A stretch of 61,500 bases of DNA from an uncultured Acidimicrobiia bacterium (GTDB lineage Bacteria; Actinomycetota; Acidimicrobiia; Spongiisociales; UBA4744). Where the stretch lies: positions 1-61,500 of the forward strand of contig CAYLHS010000003.1 of the NCBI GenBank assembly GCA_964383535.1. Direction: 5' to 3'. Below, piece after piece: positions 19,912 through 29,937 of the stretch. Each line of letters opens with the position of its first letter. Position 1 is the stretch's first letter. A program made the position numbers and the translations under genes. The notes under the pieces are model-generated. The model saw only the letters and a list, made by a program, of their open reading frames with translations. It did no database searches and was not told where the DNA came from.

Positions 19912-20577
19912 CTACGCTCCGGTCAGCGCTGTCACCACCCTGGCGTACATACCCTGCTTGATCGCCGCCAGCGTCGGCGCGTCCTTGTCGGCGAGTGACG
20001 CCGCCAGCTCGATCGCAGTAGGAAGCACCTGATCCTCAGCCATCGCCTGGTCGACGATCCCAGCGTCGGCGGCGTCAGTTCCCCCGAACCGGTGGGCCGT
20101 TGTCATGACCCTGTGGGCGGTCTGAGGCGTCAAACGCGCCTGGATCAATGACGCCATGCCATCCGTGAACGGAATCCTGATGTCCACCTCTGGCATCGAA
20201 AAGAAGCCTCGATCGGAGCGCATCACCCTGAAGTCGTGGGAGAGCGCCCACATCGCCCCGGCAGCGAAGCAGTGGCCGTTGATCGCCGCGACCGTAGGCC
20301 TCGGGAACGTCAGTGTCCGGGCGAAGAGTCGCTGGGCAGCCATGGCGAGCTCGACGAAACTCATGTCGGCCTCGACACTCATCGCCCAGTCGAGGTCGAG
20401 TCCGTTCGAGTAGAACTTGCCTGCTCCGGTCGTCACGAGCGCCGATGGGGACCCGGCAGCAGCTACCTCGTCCAGCAGCTCGCCGATCCTCTCGAGAGAA
20501 CCGCTGTTGAATCGGTTGTCGCCGGAGTCCATCGTCAGAACGAACACCGCGCCGTCGCGGGTCAGGTCAAACCCCAT
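19912..20577 (-). CDS. Enoyl-CoA hydratase/isomerase (delta3,delta2-isomerase-like)
   Basis: DNRFN, KFYSNGLDL, TVAAINGHCFAAG, MPEVDI. Confidence 0.85.
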   Translation of the reverse strand: MGFDLTRDGAVFVLTMDSGDNRFNSGSLERIGELLDEVAAAGSPSALVTTGAGKFYSNGLDLDWAMSVEADMSFVELAMAAQRLFARTLTFPRPTVAAINGHCFAAGAMWALSHDFRVMRSDRGFFSMPEVDIRIPFTDGMASLIQARLTPQTAHRVMTTAHRFGGTDAADAGIVDQAMAEDQVLPTAIELAASLADKDAPTLAAIKQGMYARVVTALTGA

Positions 20578-20589
20578 CTCTCCTCCCCA

Positions 20590-21009
20590 TCATCGTTGGC
20601 ACGGGATCTCCGCCCTGGGCCATCGCTCCGTCAGCCCACCATCGTGGACGATGTATAGGTAGTTCTCGACGTCGGCGTCTCCCTGCCAGATCTCCTCATC
20701 CTGGTGACGTACCCCGGTCGGATCGATCCCTCCAGGCGGGGAATCCAACTCCGCATAGGTCAATGCGGTCCCGTCATCTGCGGTCAGCGTACCAAGCTGC
20801 CCTTCGGGATCGTACGCGTACTGCCTGCCGAGGAATCTGATGAACACAACCTTGTCCGTATTGCACTCTTTGAACCCCCGGAACTCGACGATGATGTTGT
20901 TCGAGACGAGGTTGCCGGCCGGCGTATACCAAGGGCCGTACTCATTCGTGGAGCAGCCCGCGAGAACCAGCACAAGCGCCACGAGCAGGAGGCGACGGCT
21001 CAGAACCAC
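20590..21009 (-). CDS. Hypothetical lipoprotein
   Basis: RRLLLVALVLVLAGC lipobox; GTG start inferred. Confidence 0.6.
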   Translation of the reverse strand: MVLSRRLLLVALVLVLAGCSTNEYGPWYTPAGNLVSNNIIVEFRGFKECNTDKVVFIRFLGRQYAYDPEGQLGTLTADDGTALTYAELDSPPGGIDPTGVRHQDEEIWQGDADVENYLYIVHDGGLTERWPRAEIPCQR

Positions 21010-21386
21010 GCTCCACGAGGTACCAAGAGCACCACGATCGCCAGCGATCCAAACAGTGCGGCGGTCGGAGCGAACGCCGCTGCCGGCCGCTTCTTCAGCC
21101 TGGCAGCAGCGACATGGGCGACCACGGCCGCGGCGATCATTCCCAGAGGATGCAGGTAGGCCAGGAAGAAGCCCAGGTTCCACCCCTTGTTCGTCACCCA
21201 CACGAGGACGCCGAGCAGCACCTGAAGGTCGAACAGACCCACGGCGACCGCAACGACCCGGGAATACCCCATCGACCAGGCTTCCTTGCGTGCCCAGAGG
21301 GTGGCACCGGCTACGACCGTCGCGAGCAGGCCGGCGATCACGAACCAGCGGACAATGGAATGTGCGGTGACCAGCGCCTCAGCCAT
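21000..21386 (-). CDS. Hypothetical 4-TM membrane protein
   Basis: AHSIVRW, DLQVLLG, HPLGM; GAGGAGG SD upstream. Confidence 0.65.
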   Translation of the reverse strand: MAEALVTAHSIVRWFVIAGLLATVVAGATLWARKEAWSMGYSRVVAVAVGLFDLQVLLGVLVWVTNKGWNLGFFLAYLHPLGMIAAAVVAHVAAARLKKRPAAAFAPTAALFGSLAIVVLLVPRGAWF

Positions 21387-21468
21387 GGAGGACCTCCTCA
21401 CATCATTGTGTGCGGGTTTGTGGATCAGGTCAAACCCGTGTGGACGCAATCGGCCGCCCGTGGCAGAA

Positions 21469-21485
21469 TGTATCGAATCGATATA
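21469..21485. promoter_or_regulatory. Palindromic operator candidate for PadR
   Basis: TGTATCG-AAT-CGATATA, overlapping a TATAAC -10 just upstream of the padR ATG. Confidence 0.5.
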
Positions 21486-21495
21486 ACGACGTCTC

Positions 21496-22041
21496 ATGTT
21501 GGATCTCGCCATCCTCGGACTCCTGAAGGAGCAGCCTCGCCACGGCTATGACTTGCGGCACAGACTCAGTGAACTGGGTTTGCGCTCGGTCTCGTTCGGG
21601 TCGCTCTACCCGGCATTGAGAAGACTCGATCGCAATCACTTCATCGAGACGGTCGACGGCGCGCGCCGCAAGAAGGTGTACCGAATCACCACCACCGGCG
21701 AGGCGAGGTTCAAGGAACTCATCGAGCCCCGGACGACCGAAGATGAGGACGACCGATCGTTCAATCTTCGTGTCGCGTTCTTCAAGTACCTGGACCCCGA
21801 GCTTCGGCTTCGGCTCCTCGAGCGACGCAAGATGATCCTGTCGGATCGGGCCGACCAGGATCTGGCCCGTCTCCGCAGGACCAGGGAACGTATTGACCGA
21901 TACACGCTCTCGCTCATCGAGCGAGAAGCGAATCACACCGCGGCGGACATCGACTGGATCGACGAGCTGATCGCCACCGAGCAGGCCGCACTCCGTAGGC
22001 GCAAACCCACAATCGGACGACTGAAAAGGACGATCACATGA
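21496..22041 (+). CDS. PadR family regulator (Rv0047c-like, upstream of ino1)
   Basis: [37 protein letters not shown]. Confidence 0.9.
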   Translation: MLDLAILGLLKEQPRHGYDLRHRLSELGLRSVSFGSLYPALRRLDRNHFIETVDGARRKKVYRITTTGEARFKELIEPRTTEDEDDRSFNLRVAFFKYLDPELRLRLLERRKMILSDRADQDLARLRRTRERIDRYTLSLIEREANHTAADIDWIDELIATEQAALRRRKPTIGRLKRTIT

Positions 22042-23141
22042 GCACCATACGCGTTGCCATCGCCGGGCTCGGCAATTGCGCGAACTCCCTGATACAAGGA
22101 GTCGAGTACTACCGAGACGCCGACCCCTCCCAGTCGGTGCCAGGGCTCATGCATGTGGAGATGGACGGCTACCACGTTCGCGACCTGGAGTTCGTTGCAG
22201 CATTCGATGTCGACGCAACCAAGGTCGGCGTGGACATCTCGAAGGCGATGTGGAGCGGCCAGAACGACACCTACCGATTCGCCGATGTCGGCGCCACGGG
22301 AGTCGAGGTGCTCCGCGGGCCCACACTCGACGGGCTGGGCATCTACTACCACAAGACGATCGAGGAGTCGCCCGCCGAACCGATCGACGTCGCGGCGGCA
22401 CTCCGAGACTCTGAAGCAGACGTGCTCGTCAACTACCTTCCCGTTGGTTCCGAGCAGGCGGCCAGAGCCTATGCAGAAGCGGCTCTGGATGCCGGAGTTG
22501 CGCTCGTCAACTGCATTCCCGTGTTCATCGCATCCGACCGGACGTGGGCGCGGCGCTTCCGGGACGCGGGTCTACCCATCCTGGGTGACGACATCAAATC
22601 CCAGGTGGGTTCGACGATCGTTCACCGCCAACTCGCTCGCCTCTTCGAGGATCGCGGCCTCACGCTCGATCGCACCTACCAGCTGAATGTCGGCGGCAAC
22701 ATGGACTTCATGAACATGCTCGAGCGAGAGCGGCTCGAGTCCAAGAAGCTCTCCAAGACCAGGGCGGTCACGTCGCAGGTCGACCACGGGCTCTCGGACC
22801 GCAACGTTCACATCGGACCTTCCGACCATGTGCCGTGGCTCACCGACCGAAAGTGGGCATATATCCGTCTCGAGGGCACCGGCTTCGGCGATGTGCCCTT
22901 GAACGTCGAACTCAAGATGGAGGTCTGGGATTCACCGAACTCGGCCGGGGTCGTCATCGATGCGATCCGAGCGGCGAAGCTCGCCAAGGATCGCGGCATC
23001 TCGGGACCACTCCTCGGTCCTTCGGCCTACTTCATGAAGAGTCCGCCGGTCCAGTACAGAGACGAGCAGGCCAGGGGTTTCGTCGAGGAGTTCATTGCCG
23101 ACGGCGCAACCGAGCGCCTGCGCATCGACGGCTACCTGTAG
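22038..23141 (+). CDS. ino1: myo-Inositol-1-phosphate synthase
   Basis: [43 protein letters not shown]. Confidence 0.95.
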   Translation: MSTIRVAIAGLGNCANSLIQGVEYYRDADPSQSVPGLMHVEMDGYHVRDLEFVAAFDVDATKVGVDISKAMWSGQNDTYRFADVGATGVEVLRGPTLDGLGIYYHKTIEESPAEPIDVAAALRDSEADVLVNYLPVGSEQAARAYAEAALDAGVALVNCIPVFIASDRTWARRFRDAGLPILGDDIKSQVGSTIVHRQLARLFEDRGLTLDRTYQLNVGGNMDFMNMLERERLESKKLSKTRAVTSQVDHGLSDRNVHIGPSDHVPWLTDRKWAYIRLEGTGFGDVPLNVELKMEVWDSPNSAGVVIDAIRAAKLAKDRGISGPLLGPSAYFMKSPPVQYRDEQARGFVEEFIADGATERLRIDGYL

Positions 23142-23159
23142 AGGCTCACTTCGTGAGCT

Positions 23160-23246
23160 GGGTTTTCGGTCATCGGTACCCGGGAATGGGCTCACTCCCC
23201 GGTGTGGCAGTACGTCCGGCCGCCATTTCGACTGAGGACTGAAGAC
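23160..23246. repeat. Heptamer-phased tracts between convergent ino1 and nfo
   Basis: GGGTTTT CGGTCAT CGGTACC CGGGAAT GGGCTCA and GACTGAG GACTGAA GAC. Confidence 0.45.
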
Positions 23247-23265
23247 GTGTGAGCGAAGGGAGCTC

Positions 23266-24024
23266 CTACAGATGCTCCCGGATCCATGCGATGTCCGCGG
23301 CCTGAGCTTCCGCCCCTTCGGGTGTCTCTACGACGACTGGCGCCCCGGCACCACGAATCACGTGGATCAGCAACTCGGCGGGAATCCGACCGTTCCCGAG
23401 ATTGGCGTGGCGATCTCTTCGGCTCCCGAAGCCGTCCTTCGAATCGTTGGCATGTACGAGATCGATACGACCCGTCGCAGACACCACACGCGAGACGAGG
23501 TCCTCGAGATCCTCGCCTGCGGCCCACGCATGGCACGTATCGAGGCAGAACCCGACTCCGAGATCCCCGATCGTCTGCCACAGCTTCGCCAGGTCGTCGA
23601 CCGACCTCGCAATTGCGCTCTCGCCACCCGCCGTGTTTTCGACGAGGATCGGAACCGGGGACTCGATGAGTTTCAGTGCTCTTTCCCAACGCATCAGCCC
23701 CTCGGCGACCGTTGCCTCGCCGGTCGCATGGCCACCATGCACGATCACACCCGCGGCGCCTACCCACTCGGCGGCGCGAACGGTCACTTCGAGGAGTCTC
23801 CTGCTGGACTCTCGAACCCTGGGACTCGCCGACACCAGGTTGATCAGGTAGGGCGAGTGCACATACACCGGAACCTCCGCAGCCCTCAACACTCCGGCGT
23901 CGGCACGTGGCAGTGGCGGACCCCATCGGTGGGGACTCGACAGGAAGATCTGTATGACATCGGCGTCTCGCCGCAATGCCTCATCGAGGGGACGGCTGCT
24001 CGGGACGTGCGCGCCGATCCTCAC
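23266..24024 (-). CDS. nfo: Endonuclease IV (AP endonuclease family 2)
   Basis: IGAHV, HSPYLINL, ENTAG, CLDTCH, HANDSK, DRHAN, VETP metal ligands. Confidence 0.88.
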   Translation of the reverse strand: MRIGAHVPSSRPLDEALRRDADVIQIFLSSPHRWGPPLPRADAGVLRAAEVPVYVHSPYLINLVSASPRVRESSRRLLEVTVRAAEWVGAAGVIVHGGHATGEATVAEGLMRWERALKLIESPVPILVENTAGGESAIARSVDDLAKLWQTIGDLGVGFCLDTCHAWAAGEDLEDLVSRVVSATGRIDLVHANDSKDGFGSRRDRHANLGNGRIPAELLIHVIRGAGAPVVVETPEGAEAQAADIAWIREHL

Positions 24025-24593
24025 TCCCACGGCATGGTCTCGTCCTGCACCGTCGCAGCCTCCCGAAGTGCAAGGAGATCGGTTGCGACCTCCTCCACGG
24101 GGCGTGACCAGTTGATGGCCTCGATCATCAATGTGTGAGAACCGACCCAACGCGCCGACCACGGGTCGGACGGGAGGCGAGCAGGATCCTCGAACTGGAC
24201 GAGGAGTGCTCGAAGCTGCTGACCGTCGTCGTCGACGACTTCCGGGGAGATGTCACCGACTTCCGACCAAGGGACGAGCGTCGCTTTGGTCAGCGGGCCA
24301 CCGACGGCCAGCCGCAATCCTTCCTCGCCTGCCGAGACGAGCTTCCTGGGTGCGACGAGATCGCGTAGGCCCCACACGATCAACACCAGACCACCCACCA
24401 CGGCGAGAAGTGCAAAGATGCGGTCCCTCGGCTCGAACGCAGGAACCTGCTCGGTTCCATAGATGAGTTCGCCGAACACCGACACGAACTTGCCTGATGA
24501 GAGCACGTCGAGTCCTATGAGGGCGAACACGATGCCGACCAAGGACAGCAGCCACACCCGAAGGGCAGAGCGAATGACTTCCACTCGTTTCAT
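24021..24593 (-). CDS. Hypothetical membrane protein (2 TM plus cytoplasmic domain)
   Basis: Two hydrophobic helices; coupled to pyrE and nfo by 4-nt overlaps. Confidence 0.6.
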   Translation of the reverse strand: MKRVEVIRSALRVWLLSLVGIVFALIGLDVLSSGKFVSVFGELIYGTEQVPAFEPRDRIFALLAVVGGLVLIVWGLRDLVAPRKLVSAGEEGLRLAVGGPLTKATLVPWSEVGDISPEVVDDDGQQLRALLVQFEDPARLPSDPWSARWVGSHTLMIEAINWSRPVEEVATDLLALREAATVQDETMPWE

Positions 24594-25177
24594 TCGTCGA
24601 CTCCCAAATCGCCAGGTTGCACCAGTGCGACGTACGGTACTCCCCGCCGCGCCATGCGCGCGCCGGCGCGGGTACCGCTGCGATCGACCAGCGTGATCGC
24701 CTGCACCACCTGGAGACCGTGCTCAACGGCCACATCGACGGCCTCGACCAGCGCACCGCCCGTGGTCGTGGTGTCCTCGAGGATGGCGACTCTGTCTCCT
24801 CGATCGACTGCTCCGACCAGACGGCCCCCGACTCCGTGGGCTTTGGTCTGCTTGCGGATCGAGAACGCCGCGAGCGCCCTACCAAGACCGGTTCCGATGA
24901 CGGCCGTCGACACGGCGATCGGATCGGCACCCATCGTCATTCCACCGACGGCGACGACGCTCTCGTCGAGCACGGCGAGAACGGCATGAGCGACGATCAC
25001 TGCGCCCTCTCCGTCGAACGTCGTTCTCCGAGCGTCCAGATACCAGGAGCTCACGACGCCCGACCGAAGCGTGAACGGACCGTCGGTACGAAGCGACGCT
25101 CGCCTCAGAAACTCGTGCAAATCGCTCAAGGTTTCATCCCTCTCGACCGATACAGGGTCTGTTAGCCAACCTCCCAA
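24590..25177 (-). CDS. pyrE: Orotate phosphoribosyltransferase (start uncertain)
   Basis: FTLRSGVVSSWYLD, VGGMTMGADP, IRKQTKAHG, ILEDTTTTGG. Confidence 0.88.
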   Translation of the reverse strand: MGGWLTDPVSVERDETLSDLHEFLRRASLRTDGPFTLRSGVVSSWYLDARRTTFDGEGAVIVAHAVLAVLDESVVAVGGMTMGADPIAVSTAVIGTGLGRALAAFSIRKQTKAHGVGGRLVGAVDRGDRVAILEDTTTTGGALVEAVDVAVEHGLQVVQAITLVDRSGTRAGARMARRGVPYVALVQPGDLGVDE

Positions 25178-25250
25178 GTTAGCCCGACCATAGCGACCGT
25201 CTCTCCCCGAGAGACGGTCGTGCCGGTGTGGAAGGTGTAGCCTCTACCCA

Positions 25251-25406
25251 ATGGCCGACCTCCCGAACCCCGGCGACTTCTTCACCAACTGGAGCACCTC
25301 TCCACTCCCCTTCCGTGAGAAGCTACGCGTCGCGATGCGCAACACGCTCATCAAGGTCCGCACGGGTTCTCCATGCTGCGGTCATCCCGGCGAACCCGGT
25401 TGTTGA
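25251..25406 (+). CDS. Small 51-aa Cys-rich protein absent from the ORF track
   Basis: MADLPNPGDFFTNWSTSPLPFREKLRVAMRNTLIKVRTGSPCCGHPGEPGC; TAGCCT -10 7 nt before the ATG; hairpin after the stop. Confidence 0.65.
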   Translation: MADLPNPGDFFTNWSTSPLPFREKLRVAMRNTLIKVRTGSPCCGHPGEPGC

Positions 25407-25417
25407 ATGGGTGCCGA

Positions 25418-25436
25418 TGAGCCCGGTTCGGGCTCA
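25418..25436. terminator. Hairpin between the small ORF and the convergent prenyltransferase
   Basis: TGAGCCCG-gtt-CGGGCTCA. Confidence 0.4.
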
Positions 25437-25471
25437 CACCACCATCATGGTGACCACGACCACTGAGCCGG

Positions 25472-26251
25472 TTACCTCCCGAATCGCCGCTCTCGCCTCG
25501 AGAAGTCACGCAGCGCACGAAGGAAGTCCACTCTGCGGAACGCCGGCCAGTAGACATCCACGAACGCATATTCGGCGTACGCCGACTGCCACAGAAGGAA
25601 CCCCGACAGGCGTGACTCCCCGCTCGTCCGGATGACGAGATCCGGATCGGGGAGATCGGCCGTGTACAGGTGGGTCGCGATCCCATCGGCGTCGATCTGA
25701 TCCGCGATCCGGTCCGCAGGAACTCCCTCGTCGGCCAGCTGAGCCACGAGATCTCTGCACGCGTCGACGATCTCCTGGCGTCCTCCATACCCCATCGCGA
25801 TCGTCAGACGCCGATTGCCCATGGACGCAGCCTCCTCAAGCGCCTTCGCCGCCTGCGTGAGTGGATCGGGCAGCAGCGACAGCGAACCGATGAACCGCAC
25901 CTGGAAGTCGTACTTGCTTGCCAGTACAGGAACTCGGTTGAAGAGATCGATCAGCACCTCGAAGTAGGGCTCGAGCTCCTCGCTTGGTCGAGAGAGGTTC
26001 TCCTTGGAGAGCAGCCATCCGGTGATAGCAGGGATCTGGATCTGCTCGGACCAGCCGATGAATTCCTCGAACTTGCGCATCCCGGCCCGGTAGCTGACCG
26101 CGTAGTCGGAGAGCCGCTCGGCTCGAGCATATCGACGGTGGCCGTCCAGGATGATGCCGATGTGCCTGGGAAGTCGATCGGGTGGAAGCGCTCGAAGCAG
26201 CTTGTCTTCGTAGAGGCGGTAGAGGGGGCGCAGGGCGCGCTCTGATTTCAC
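25472..26251 (-). CDS. cis-Isoprenyl diphosphate synthase (UppS family, Rv1086-like)
   Basis: HIGIILDGHRR, WLLSKENLSR, YGGRQEI, PDLVIRTSGESRLSGFLLWQS. Confidence 0.92.
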   Translation of the reverse strand: MKSERALRPLYRLYEDKLLRALPPDRLPRHIGIILDGHRRYARAERLSDYAVSYRAGMRKFEEFIGWSEQIQIPAITGWLLSKENLSRPSEELEPYFEVLIDLFNRVPVLASKYDFQVRFIGSLSLLPDPLTQAAKALEEAASMGNRRLTIAMGYGGRQEIVDACRDLVAQLADEGVPADRIADQIDADGIATHLYTADLPDPDLVIRTSGESRLSGFLLWQSAYAEYAFVDVYWPAFRRVDFLRALRDFSRRERRFGR

Positions 26252-26292
26252 GGGCCAATGGTAACTATGGGGTCCCCGGTAGGCTGGGGATC

Positions 26293-26958
26293 GTGGACCG
26301 ACTAGTGCTCGGGAAGATGCAAAACCCGGTCCGGGGGTTCCTCCATGGCACGGCGGCACTGCTGTCGATCGGGGCGCTGATGACTCTCGTCGCGCGCACC
26401 TCGTGGGACGCTCCCCGCATGATCTCGATGATCGTGTTCGGGACGAGCGCCTTCGCCCTGTACACCACCAGTTCGCTATATCACTCGGTGCCGTGGAGAA
26501 GCCTGTGGAAACAGCGGATGCAGCGGCTCGACCACTCGATGATCTTCCTGCTGATCGCTGGCACGTACACTCCGATCGCGTACAACGTGCTCGATGGAAC
26601 GATGCGATGGTCGACCCTCGGCATCGTGTGGGGCGTGGCCATTGGTGGCATCGTGCAGAAGGTGTTCTTCCCACAGATTCGAAACTGGCTGAGTATCACC
26701 CTCTCGATGGTGATGGGTTGGATGGCAGTGATCCCGCTCCCCCGTCTCGTCGACCGCCTCGGACTCCGAGCTGTCGCCCTCCTGCTCCTCGGCGGGCTCT
26801 TCTACAGCATCGGGATGGTGCTGCTCGTCACGCGGCGGCCTCGAGTCTGGCCGGGAGTCTTCTCCTACCACGAGGTGTTCCACGTGTTCGTCGTGTCGGG
26901 GACGCTGGTTCACTTCCTGTTCATCGCCCGGTATGTTGCACCGATCGCTCGGCTGTGA
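26293..26958 (+). CDS. Hemolysin III / TrhA (PAQR) membrane protein
   Basis: SSLYHS, RLDHSMIFLLIAGTYTP, YHEVFHVFV; divergent from the prenyltransferase as in Rv1085c/Rv1086. Confidence 0.9.
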   Translation: MDRLVLGKMQNPVRGFLHGTAALLSIGALMTLVARTSWDAPRMISMIVFGTSAFALYTTSSLYHSVPWRSLWKQRMQRLDHSMIFLLIAGTYTPIAYNVLDGTMRWSTLGIVWGVAIGGIVQKVFFPQIRNWLSITLSMVMGWMAVIPLPRLVDRLGLRAVALLLLGGLFYSIGMVLLVTRRPRVWPGVFSYHEVFHVFVVSGTLVHFLFIARYVAPIARL

Positions 26959-27557
26959 ACGAGTCTGATCCCTTCATCGTTGCGCGGACTGTCGACCTGG
27001 AGCTCGACGACGGCACTCCCGTGAGAATCCGCCCCATCGTTCCCGCCGACGGTGAACGTATCGAGGAGGGCCTTCGGGAACTGTCGCCGGAGTCCCGCTA
27101 CCTGCGATTCCTGCGCTCGATCGACCATCTCACGGGCGACGAGCTCTCCTACCTCACAAACGTTGACTACTCAGGCCACTTTGCCTGGGTTGCACTTGAC
27201 ACGTCCGAAGATCGCGGGATGGGAGTGGCGCGGTATGCCCGCTTGGAGGGCGAGACGGCGGAGGCGGCCGTCGTCGTGCTGGATCGCTACCAGCGCCGGG
27301 GTTTGGGTGGCATCCTGCTCCGTCTCGTAGCGGAGACCGCCTATGCGCACGGCATTCGGAGATTCCGCGTATGGGTTGCGCCAGGGAACACCGTCGTCAT
27401 GCGGTTGGCGAAGAACTGGCATCTCGACCGCCGCGCCGAAGATGGCACCGTGGTCATCGACATCCCCCTCCCGCTTCCAGAGACGCCACTCACCGAGTCG
27501 TCCCTGTACGAATCGCTCAGAGAAGTCGCGGCCGGGAGAATCGAACCCTATCTCTGA
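26955..27557 (+). CDS. GNAT N-acetyltransferase (acyl-CoA synthetase-associated type)
   Basis: DGTPVRIRPI, LSPESRYLRF, VDYSGH, AEAAVVVLDRYQRRGLG. Confidence 0.85.
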   Translation: MNESDPFIVARTVDLELDDGTPVRIRPIVPADGERIEEGLRELSPESRYLRFLRSIDHLTGDELSYLTNVDYSGHFAWVALDTSEDRGMGVARYARLEGETAEAAVVVLDRYQRRGLGGILLRLVAETAYAHGIRRFRVWVAPGNTVVMRLAKNWHLDRRAEDGTVVIDIPLPLPETPLTESSLYESLREVAAGRIEPYL

Positions 27558-27604
27558 CAAGTGACGCTTCAAGCGGCCAGAATGGGGCTGACCCAAGGAG
27601 CACC

Positions 27605-27946
27605 ATGGAACCCACCGCCGAGTCGAAGAACTGGGCCACCATCGCCCACTTCTCCGCCTTCGTCATGTTCATCGGCATCCCGTCGTTCATCGGACCTCTC
27701 GTCGTGTGGCTGATGAAGAAGGATCAGGACGAGTTCGTGGCGATGAACGCGAAGGAAGCCCTCAACTTCAACATCTCGTTCTTCCTCTACGGCATCATCT
27801 CGGGCATCCTGATCATCATTGGTATCGGACTTCTCCTGCTTCTCGTTGTTGGGATCACCTGGTTCGTGCTCGTGATCGTCGCGGCGGTGAGGTCGAGCTC
27901 CGGCGAGCCGTACGTGTATCCATTCACCCTGAGGCTGGTCAACTGA
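27605..27946 (+). CDS. DUF4870 membrane protein
   Basis: WATIAH, GPLVVWLMKK, AKEALNF, YVYPFTLR; AAGGAG SD. Confidence 0.85.
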   Translation: MEPTAESKNWATIAHFSAFVMFIGIPSFIGPLVVWLMKKDQDEFVAMNAKEALNFNISFFLYGIISGILIIIGIGLLLLLVVGITWFVLVIVAAVRSSSGEPYVYPFTLRLVN

Positions 27947-28006
27947 GGCACCTGCGCCGCGCCCATCGCTAGGCTCCTCGCAGACCCTTCGGTTGGGAGG
28001 ACCCTT

Positions 28007-29413
28007 GTGCGGCAGTCAGACTGGCGGAAGGTCATCGAGGTCGCCGCTGAGGCAGCCGGCCGGTACCTTGCTTCGCTGCCGGAGCGATCGGTGTATCGAC
28101 CCACAGATCCCGACGAGATCAGGTCCCTCGTGGACATGCCACTTCCGGATGAGAGCACTCCTCCTGAGACAATTGTGGCCACTCTCGCCGAGCAACTCGA
28201 GCCCTATGTCGCCGCTCACTCCTCGGGCCGCTACTACGGGTTCGTGATCGGCGGCCTGCATCCGGCCGCGTACGGAGCCGAACTCCTTGCGGCTGCGTGG
28301 GATCAGAACGCAGGCCTCTATGCCGCGGCGCCCGGAGTCACGATCGCGGAGGAAGTAGCCGCGAAGTGGATCCTCGATCTCCTCGATCTTCCCGCTGACG
28401 CTTCGGTGGGTTTCGTCACCGGTGGACAGATGGCCACGTTCACATGTCTCGCGGCCGCACGCCACAGCGTCCTCCGTGAGGCAGGGTGGGATGTCGAAGG
28501 GAACGGACTTCAGGGCGCTCCGAAGATTCATGTTGTCATCAAGACTGAGCGACACTCCACCGTTCCCCGGGCGCTGCGATACCTCGGGCTGGGCGACTCG
28601 GCAGCCGTGGAGGTCCCCTCTGATGGCCAATCGAGGATGGTTCCAGAGGCACTCGCCCGCACGCTCGAGCAGCTGAATGGGCCAACGATCGTCTGCGTCG
28701 AATCGGGCAACGTCAATACCGGTTCGTTCGACCACTTCGGAGTTGTGGCCGACATCGCCGATCAGCATCGTGCACGAGGGAATCCCACATGGGTGCACGT
28801 TGATGGCGCAGTCGGATTGTGGGCAAGGGCCTCCTCGGATCGACGGCATCTCGTCGAGGATCTCGACCGGCTCGACTCCTGGTCGACAGACGCGCACAAA
28901 CTCCTCAATGTCACCCAGGATTCCGGCGTCGCGATCTGTCGGGATCCGGCCGCTCACCGGGCGGCGATGAGTGTCCATGCCGCCTACCTGATTCAGGCCG
29001 ACGGCGGCGTCAGAGACCCTATGGACTGGAATCCCGAATTCTCCAGGAGAGCTCGCGGTCTGGCCGTGTACGCAACACTCCGCTCCCTCGGTCGAAGTGG
29101 CGTCGAGGAGCTGGTCGACCGAACCCACGCCCTCGCCAAGCGCTTCGCCGAGAGGCTTTCCGCTACCGGGCGAGCCGAGGTCATGAACGACGTGGTCTTC
29201 AATCAGGTACTCATCCGATGGCTCTCTCCCGACGGGGATCATGACGCTCTGGCAGACCGGGTGATCAGCCGCATTCAAGCGGACGGGACCGCCTTCTTCA
29301 GCGGCACCACCTGGGAGGGGATGCGGCTCATGCGGATATCCGTCTCGGATTGGGCTACCGACGAGCGTGACGTCGATCGCTCAATCGAGGCGTTGTTGCG
29401 CTGTGCCGACTGA
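28007..29413 (+). CDS. Group II PLP-dependent decarboxylase (aromatic amino acid decarboxylase-like)
   Basis: GFVTGGQMA, HVDGAVG, STDAHKLL (PLP lysine), EFSRRARG. Confidence 0.88.
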   Translation: MRQSDWRKVIEVAAEAAGRYLASLPERSVYRPTDPDEIRSLVDMPLPDESTPPETIVATLAEQLEPYVAAHSSGRYYGFVIGGLHPAAYGAELLAAAWDQNAGLYAAAPGVTIAEEVAAKWILDLLDLPADASVGFVTGGQMATFTCLAAARHSVLREAGWDVEGNGLQGAPKIHVVIKTERHSTVPRALRYLGLGDSAAVEVPSDGQSRMVPEALARTLEQLNGPTIVCVESGNVNTGSFDHFGVVADIADQHRARGNPTWVHVDGAVGLWARASSDRRHLVEDLDRLDSWSTDAHKLLNVTQDSGVAICRDPAAHRAAMSVHAAYLIQADGGVRDPMDWNPEFSRRARGLAVYATLRSLGRSGVEELVDRTHALAKRFAERLSATGRAEVMNDVVFNQVLIRWLSPDGDHDALADRVISRIQADGTAFFSGTTWEGMRLMRISVSDWATDERDVDRSIEALLRCAD

Positions 29414-29930
29414 CCTTCCTTCGTACATTCGGACGCAGAGGCTCGTGATCCTCCAGTGGACCGAGGCCGACGCACCCGCACTGAACGCAGCTATCACCGA
29501 CAGCCTGGATCACCTTCGCCCGTGGATGTCGTGGGCCGCGGACGGGATTCCAACCGTCGATGAACAGGCGGCTCACGGAGAAGGTGAGAAAGGGGCAGGG
29601 CGGCGACAGTGTCCTTGGGATCTTCAGAGGTGACGACATCGTCGGCAGCACAGGGCTCCACCGTCGAGCATGCCCGGCCGCCCTCGAAATCGGATACTGG
29701 ATCGCCGTCGGCCACCTCCGGCAGGGATACGCGACCGGGGCGAGCGGGGCTGACCATCGCCGCCTTCTCGATGACCGGCATCTAGCGGATCGAAATCCAC
29801 CTCGACTGGGCGAACGTTGCGAGCGCCGGCATTCCAAGACGCCTCGGATTCACCCTGGCCGAGAGCACTCAGAGACAAGCGGGCGCCGGCCGAGGTAGGC
29901 GTCGAGTGTCGCTGGATCATGACCAGACAC
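29403..29930 (+). pseudogene. RimJ/RimL-type GNAT acetyltransferase, disrupted
   Basis: SLDHLRPWMSWA (frame A), GLHRR..LEIGYW..QGYAT (frame B), RIEIH..NVASAGIPRRLGF (frame C, internal TAG 29783-29785), ECRWIM (further shift). Confidence 0.8.
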
Positions 29931-29937
29931 GGGTCGG

